The notes beneath the pieces were generated by a model. It had not been told where the DNA came from. It searched no databases and was given only the letters and a program-made list of their open reading frames with translations. Shown here piece after piece: positions 60,128 to 64,000 of a stretch of DNA of 64,000 nucleotides. The first letter of the stretch is position 1. Every line of letters starts with the position of its first letter. The stretch spans positions 5,703-69,702 of the forward strand of contig CABXJL010000001.1 of NCBI GenBank assembly GCA_902512485.1, read 5' to 3'. The position numbers and the translations under genes were made by a program. The DNA is from an uncultured Gammaproteobacteria bacterium. Lineage in GTDB: Bacteria > Pseudomonadota > Gammaproteobacteria > PS1 > Pseudothioglobaceae.

Positions 60128-60850
60128 ATGCAAACATTCAAAATTGATCCATCTGAATTTAAATCTCAACATGAAAACGGAAGCCTTTCTCGAGCAGAAT
60201 CTGCTTATGTGATTCTTCAAAGTGCTATCTTAAAAGGCTTACTTAATCCTGGACAGAAGCTAGATTTTGAGACACTTCAAACTGAAATTGGTTATAGCTC
60301 TGGCACAATAAGGGAGGCCCTTACACAGCTTAAGTCAGATGGATTAGTAAAGAGTGAAGTTCGTCGTGGCTATTTTGTGGCTGAGGTTTCTCTTAAGGAG
60401 TTTTTAGAAATAACAGAGTTAAGGTGCATTCTAGAGCCACTGGCATTATCTAAGTCAATTGCTGAAGGCGATGATGAATGGGAATCAAATTTAGTTCTTG
60501 CCCACCACAAGCTTTCAAAAATTGAAAGAGGGTCAGACAAAAGTACAAGTCTGCCTAGTTATGAGTGGCCATCAGTTCACAAAAATTTTCATGAGGCCCT
60601 GGTTAGTGCCTGTCCCTCCAAAAACCTGCTAAGCATGAGAGAATCTCTTTTCAAACAATCAGAAAGATACAGGTTTCTAGCTGCAACTATGCGAACTCAT
60701 AAAAGAGATCCAATTATAGAACATCTAGAAATATTTCAGGCTACGCTTGATAGAAATGCAGAGTTAGCAAGTAAATTAATTACTGATCATTTGAATCACA
60801 CTAGTGAGCATTTACGGGAAATACTTGTAAACAAGCAACTAATTCTCTAG
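60128..60850 (+). CDS. GntR-family regulator (FCD domain)
   Basis: LNPGQKL...TIREAL..L..DGLV...RGYFV; FH.ALV.AC; EHLEIF. Confidence 0.9.
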   Translation: MQTFKIDPSEFKSQHENGSLSRAESAYVILQSAILKGLLNPGQKLDFETLQTEIGYSSGTIREALTQLKSDGLVKSEVRRGYFVAEVSLKEFLEITELRCILEPLALSKSIAEGDDEWESNLVLAHHKLSKIERGSDKSTSLPSYEWPSVHKNFHEALVSACPSKNLLSMRESLFKQSERYRFLAATMRTHKRDPIIEHLEIFQATLDRNAELASKLITDHLNHTSEHLREILVNKQLIL

Positions 60851-60870
60851 ATTCAAAGCAACCTAATTTT

Positions 60871-61362
60871 ATGCAAAACATAATAAAAAAAATAGTCGAC
60901 CTGTCTGCAATAGTGGCTTGCATAGTATTGTTCTTATTAGCAGTATTAACTTTTTTTGATGTTTTTGGAAGGCGATTTTTAAATTCACCAGTTACTGGCA
61001 CCATTGAAATTGTCCAAATTGGAATGGCTATGGTAGCGTTTTTTGCAATGCCAAGAACTTTTTATTTAAATGCACACGTCTCTGCAGACTTTATTAACAA
61101 TATATCAATAAGAAAATTTGAAATTTTCATTTTAGTTTTTAGATTCTTATTGATGCTTATTATGATGTCGCTCTTGGCCTATGCAACCTTACTTAGTGCA
61201 AACTCATTTTTCCAAGACGGAAGATCAACTATTGAACTTGAATTATATTTTTATCCATTTTTCTATCTTATTGCTTTTGGCCTGTTGATTAGCGTCATAG
61301 CTATTATCTTCTGGTTTTTGAAGTCTATTTCTGAAAAAAAATCTGAATGGAGAGCTCTTTAA
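60871..61362 (+). CDS. dctQ: TRAP small permease
   Basis: 4 TM helices, DVFGR, HVSAD. Confidence 0.85.
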   Translation: MQNIIKKIVDLSAIVACIVLFLLAVLTFFDVFGRRFLNSPVTGTIEIVQIGMAMVAFFAMPRTFYLNAHVSADFINNISIRKFEIFILVFRFLLMLIMMSLLAYATLLSANSFFQDGRSTIELELYFYPFFYLIAFGLLISVIAIIFWFLKSISEKKSEWRAL

Positions 61363-62681
61363 TGGATTTAGATATAGAATCATTAATTAATGGCGGTTTA
61401 GCTTTTGCCACCGTATTGGCATTAATGGCTCTGAATGTTCCAGTCGGTATTTCAATGTTGTTTGTTGGTTTTGTTGGCTTTGCATTAATTTCAGGCTTTG
61501 ATCCTGCAATTGTTGTGCTGGGATTTGCTCCTTATGAATCTGTCTCAAAATACTCTCTATCTGTAATGCCGCTTTTTGTATTAATGGGAAATCTTGCAAA
61601 CAGTGCTAACTTATCAAAAAACTTATATGATGCTGCATATGCTATAGTTGGTCATTATAAGGGTGGACTTGCAATGTCTACTATTGGTGCTTGTGCTGGT
61701 TTTGGAATGATCTGTGGATCTTCCATTGCAACAGCAGCTACGATGGCTCAAATGGCGGGGCCTGAAATGAAAAGACATGGCTATAGTGATGCTTTAGCAA
61801 GTGGTTCAATTGCCTCTGGTGGAACGCTGGGCATTATCATTCCTCCTAGCGTTATGTTGGTGATTTACGCCTACTTAACTGAGCAATCTATTCAGGCGCT
61901 TTTCTTTGCGGCCTTAATTCCTGGATTGATTGCAGTCGTTTTATATATGATTGCAATTCGTGTTTATCTTTATATATACCCAGATGAAGGTGGTAGTGGA
62001 AAAAAAATGCCTCTAGATGAAAGGGTTTCTGCTATTAAAAAGGTGCTTCCAGTCTTTGTTATATTTGCAATCATAATGTCTGGTTTATATCTAGGGTTTT
62101 TTACAGCAACTGAAAGTGCGGCTGTTGGTGTCATGTTGGTAATTCTACTACTAATGCTTAGAGGCGACCTAACAATAAAACTTTTAAAAGATGCAACCTG
62201 GGCTACAATTAGAACTGCTGGCTCTTTATATCTTATTGTCGCTGGAGCAGCTGTATTTAATTTTTTGATAACTGTTACAGGTCTTCCCTTTACTGTAGTT
62301 GAGTATATAAATTTTTTAGATCTTAGTCCTTTAGGGATAATGCTTGTTATATGCATTATTTATCTAATTCTAGGAGCACTTATGGACTCTCTAGCCATGT
62401 TGTTTCTAACTATACCTGTCTTCTACCCTGTAATAGTTTCTGCCGGTATTGATCCCATTTGGTTTGGAATATTTGCTATTATTGTTGTTGAATTTGGTTT
62501 GGTGTCACCCCCAGTTGGTATGAACTTGTTTGTAATAAAAGGCGTTATGAAAGACACACCACTTAAAACAGTATGGTTTGGAACAATTCCTTTTTTAATT
62601 ACTGATGTGATTCGAATTGCTTTACTTCTTGCTTTTCCTGCATTATGTTTATATCTTCCTAGCTTAATGTATAGCCAATAA
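61362..62681 (+). CDS. dctM: TRAP large permease
   Basis: MPLFVLMG, GSSIATAATM, GGTLGIIIPPS, SPPVGMNLFV. ATG coupled to the dctQ stop (TAATG). Confidence 0.92.
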   Translation: MDLDIESLINGGLAFATVLALMALNVPVGISMLFVGFVGFALISGFDPAIVVLGFAPYESVSKYSLSVMPLFVLMGNLANSANLSKNLYDAAYAIVGHYKGGLAMSTIGACAGFGMICGSSIATAATMAQMAGPEMKRHGYSDALASGSIASGGTLGIIIPPSVMLVIYAYLTEQSIQALFFAALIPGLIAVVLYMIAIRVYLYIYPDEGGSGKKMPLDERVSAIKKVLPVFVIFAIIMSGLYLGFFTATESAAVGVMLVILLLMLRGDLTIKLLKDATWATIRTAGSLYLIVAGAAVFNFLITVTGLPFTVVEYINFLDLSPLGIMLVICIIYLILGALMDSLAMLFLTIPVFYPVIVSAGIDPIWFGIFAIIVVEFGLVSPPVGMNLFVIKGVMKDTPLKTVWFGTIPFLITDVIRIALLLAFPALCLYLPSLMYSQ

Positions 62682-62705
62682 AATTAACTTTATTAAGGAG
62701 CATTT

Positions 62706-64000
62706 GTGGCTAAAATTAAAAACATACTTTTCATCATGGCAGATCAATTGAGATGGGATTATTTGTCTTGCTATGGCCATCCAAATCTTAAAACTCCAAA
62801 TATTGATAGGTTAGCAAGCAAAGGTGTTCTTTTTGAATCTGCCTTTGTTCAATCTCCGGTATGCGGCCCTTCTCGAGCAAGTACCTATACTGGCAGAACT
62901 GTTTTTAGTCATGGCTCTACTTCAAATCAAGTCCCCTTGCCAATTGGCGAGCTAACTATTGGTGACTACTTAAGGGGGCATGGAATGAGAGTAGGCGTGG
63001 TTGGTAAAACCCACATGGAACCAGACATTGATGGAATGGAACGACTTGGTATTACCAAAGAAACAGAAATAGGACTAATTGTAAGTGAGCCAGGTTTTGA
63101 CCCCTATGAACGAGATGACGGTCTTCACCCAGACAATCAAGTACAACATAATAAGACGCTTTCATATAATCAGTGGCTAAACAAGCTTGGGTACGAAGGA
63201 GAGAACCCTTGGGACTTGTGGGCTAATTCTGCTGAAGGAGAGAATGGGGAAATATTGAGTGGATGGAAACTAAGAAACTCGAATAAACCATCAAGGATTG
63301 CTGAAGAGCACTCGGAAACTGCCTACATGACCAATAAGGCGATTGAATATATTGAAGATTCTGGAAACGGACCATGGTTTCTTCATTTATCATACATTAA
63401 ACCACATTGGCCATATATAGCACCAGCGCCATATCATAATATGTATTCAGAAAGTCAATTCTCCCCTCTCCATAGAAATGACTCTGAAAAAAAAGATGCA
63501 CACCCTATTTACCAGGCATTTATGAATACCGAAGTTTCTAAAACTTTTTCTAGAAAGGAGGTTCGCGAAACAGTAATTACTGGATACATGGGGCTAATTA
63601 AACAAATTGATGATAATTTAGGAAGGCTCTTTAAGTTTCTCGAAAAAAATGGAAAAATGGATGACACAATGATTGTATTTACATCTGACCATGGTGATTA
63701 TCTTGGTGACCACTGGCTTGGTGAAAAAGAATTTTTTCATGAAGAATGCGTTAAAGTTCCTTTGATCATCTATGACCCTAGTGAAACTGCAGATATATCA
63801 AGAGGGAACAGAAATAAAAAATTAGTTGAAGCAATCGACCTACTACCAACCTTTTTAGATGCTACTGAAAATACTTCTAGTCAGCATCGTCTAGAGGGAA
63901 AATCATTACTGCCAATACTAAGAGGAAATGATGAAAAAAAATGGCGGGATGCCGTCTTTAGTGAAATAGATTATGCCTTTTATCATCAAAGAAAATTTCT
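62706..64000 (+). CDS. Formylglycine-dependent sulfatase / phosphonate monoester hydrolase family (3' truncated by window edge; not in ORF track)
   Basis: GTG after AAGGAG; MAKIKNILFIMADQLRWDYLSCYGHPNLKTPNIDRL...SPVCGPSRASTYTGR (CxPxR), GKTH, KPHWP, TSDHGDYLGDH. Confidence 0.9.
   Translation, partial: MAKIKNILFIMADQLRWDYLSCYGHPNLKTPNIDRLASKGVLFESAFVQSPVCGPSRASTYTGRTVFSHGSTSNQVPLPIGELTIGDYLRGHGMRVGVVGKTHMEPDIDGMERLGITKETEIGLIVSEPGFDPYERDDGLHPDNQVQHNKTLSYNQWLNKLGYEGENPWDLWANSAEGENGEILSGWKLRNSNKPSRIAEEHSETAYMTNKAIEYIEDSGNGPWFLHLSYIKPHWPYIAPAPYHNMYSESQFSPLHRNDSEKKDAHPIYQAFMNTEVSKTFSRKEVRETVITGYMGLIKQIDDNLGRLFKFLEKNGKMDDTMIVFTSDHGDYLGDHWLGEKEFFHEECVKVPLIIYDPSETADISRGNRNKKLVEAIDLLPTFLDATENTSSQHRLEGKSLLPILRGNDEKKWRDAVFSEIDYAFYHQRKF

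Overview
AT-rich, gene-dense bacterial window. Gene content and compact intergenic spacing suggest a streamlined marine gammaproteobacterium of the SUP05/Thioglobus-Pseudothioglobus type (inference). 1-12.8 kb: housekeeping genes (cpdA-like, 5'-nucleotidase, hisS-yfgM-der, pyrG, msbA, tpm, ung, pdxB). 12.8-15.3 kb: copper nitrite reductase nirK with an FNR-type promoter, two unannotated membrane micro-ORFs and a divergent Crp/Fnr regulator with C-terminal cysteines. 15.3-23.3 kb: lactate utilisation (lutABC, FadR-type regulator with three operators, TRAP transporter). 26.5-31.2 kb: molybdenum-cofactor genes. 31.2-54.3 kb: a ~23 kb island bounded by two copies of a ~76-bp repeat. It carries an apparent operon: periplasmic binding protein > flotillin-associated DTL rhodopsin > flotillin > N,N-dimethylformamidase large subunit > two different small-subunit-like genes. 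It also carries a TorT-like sensor/hybrid kinase/NarL regulator module, two ABC transporter sets (one with repeat-expanded subunits) and a Na+/solute symporter. This island is the best candidate for a poorly characterised system. 54.3-64 kb: a small ABM gene inserted into the right-hand repeat, then an aromatic catabolism cluster (flavin hydroxylase, extradiol dioxygenase, FAH, DUF849, TRAP, GntR, sulfatase truncated by the window edge). No rRNA, tRNA, CRISPR array, transposase or integrase was recognised. All homology calls come from motif recognition by eye, not from database searches.
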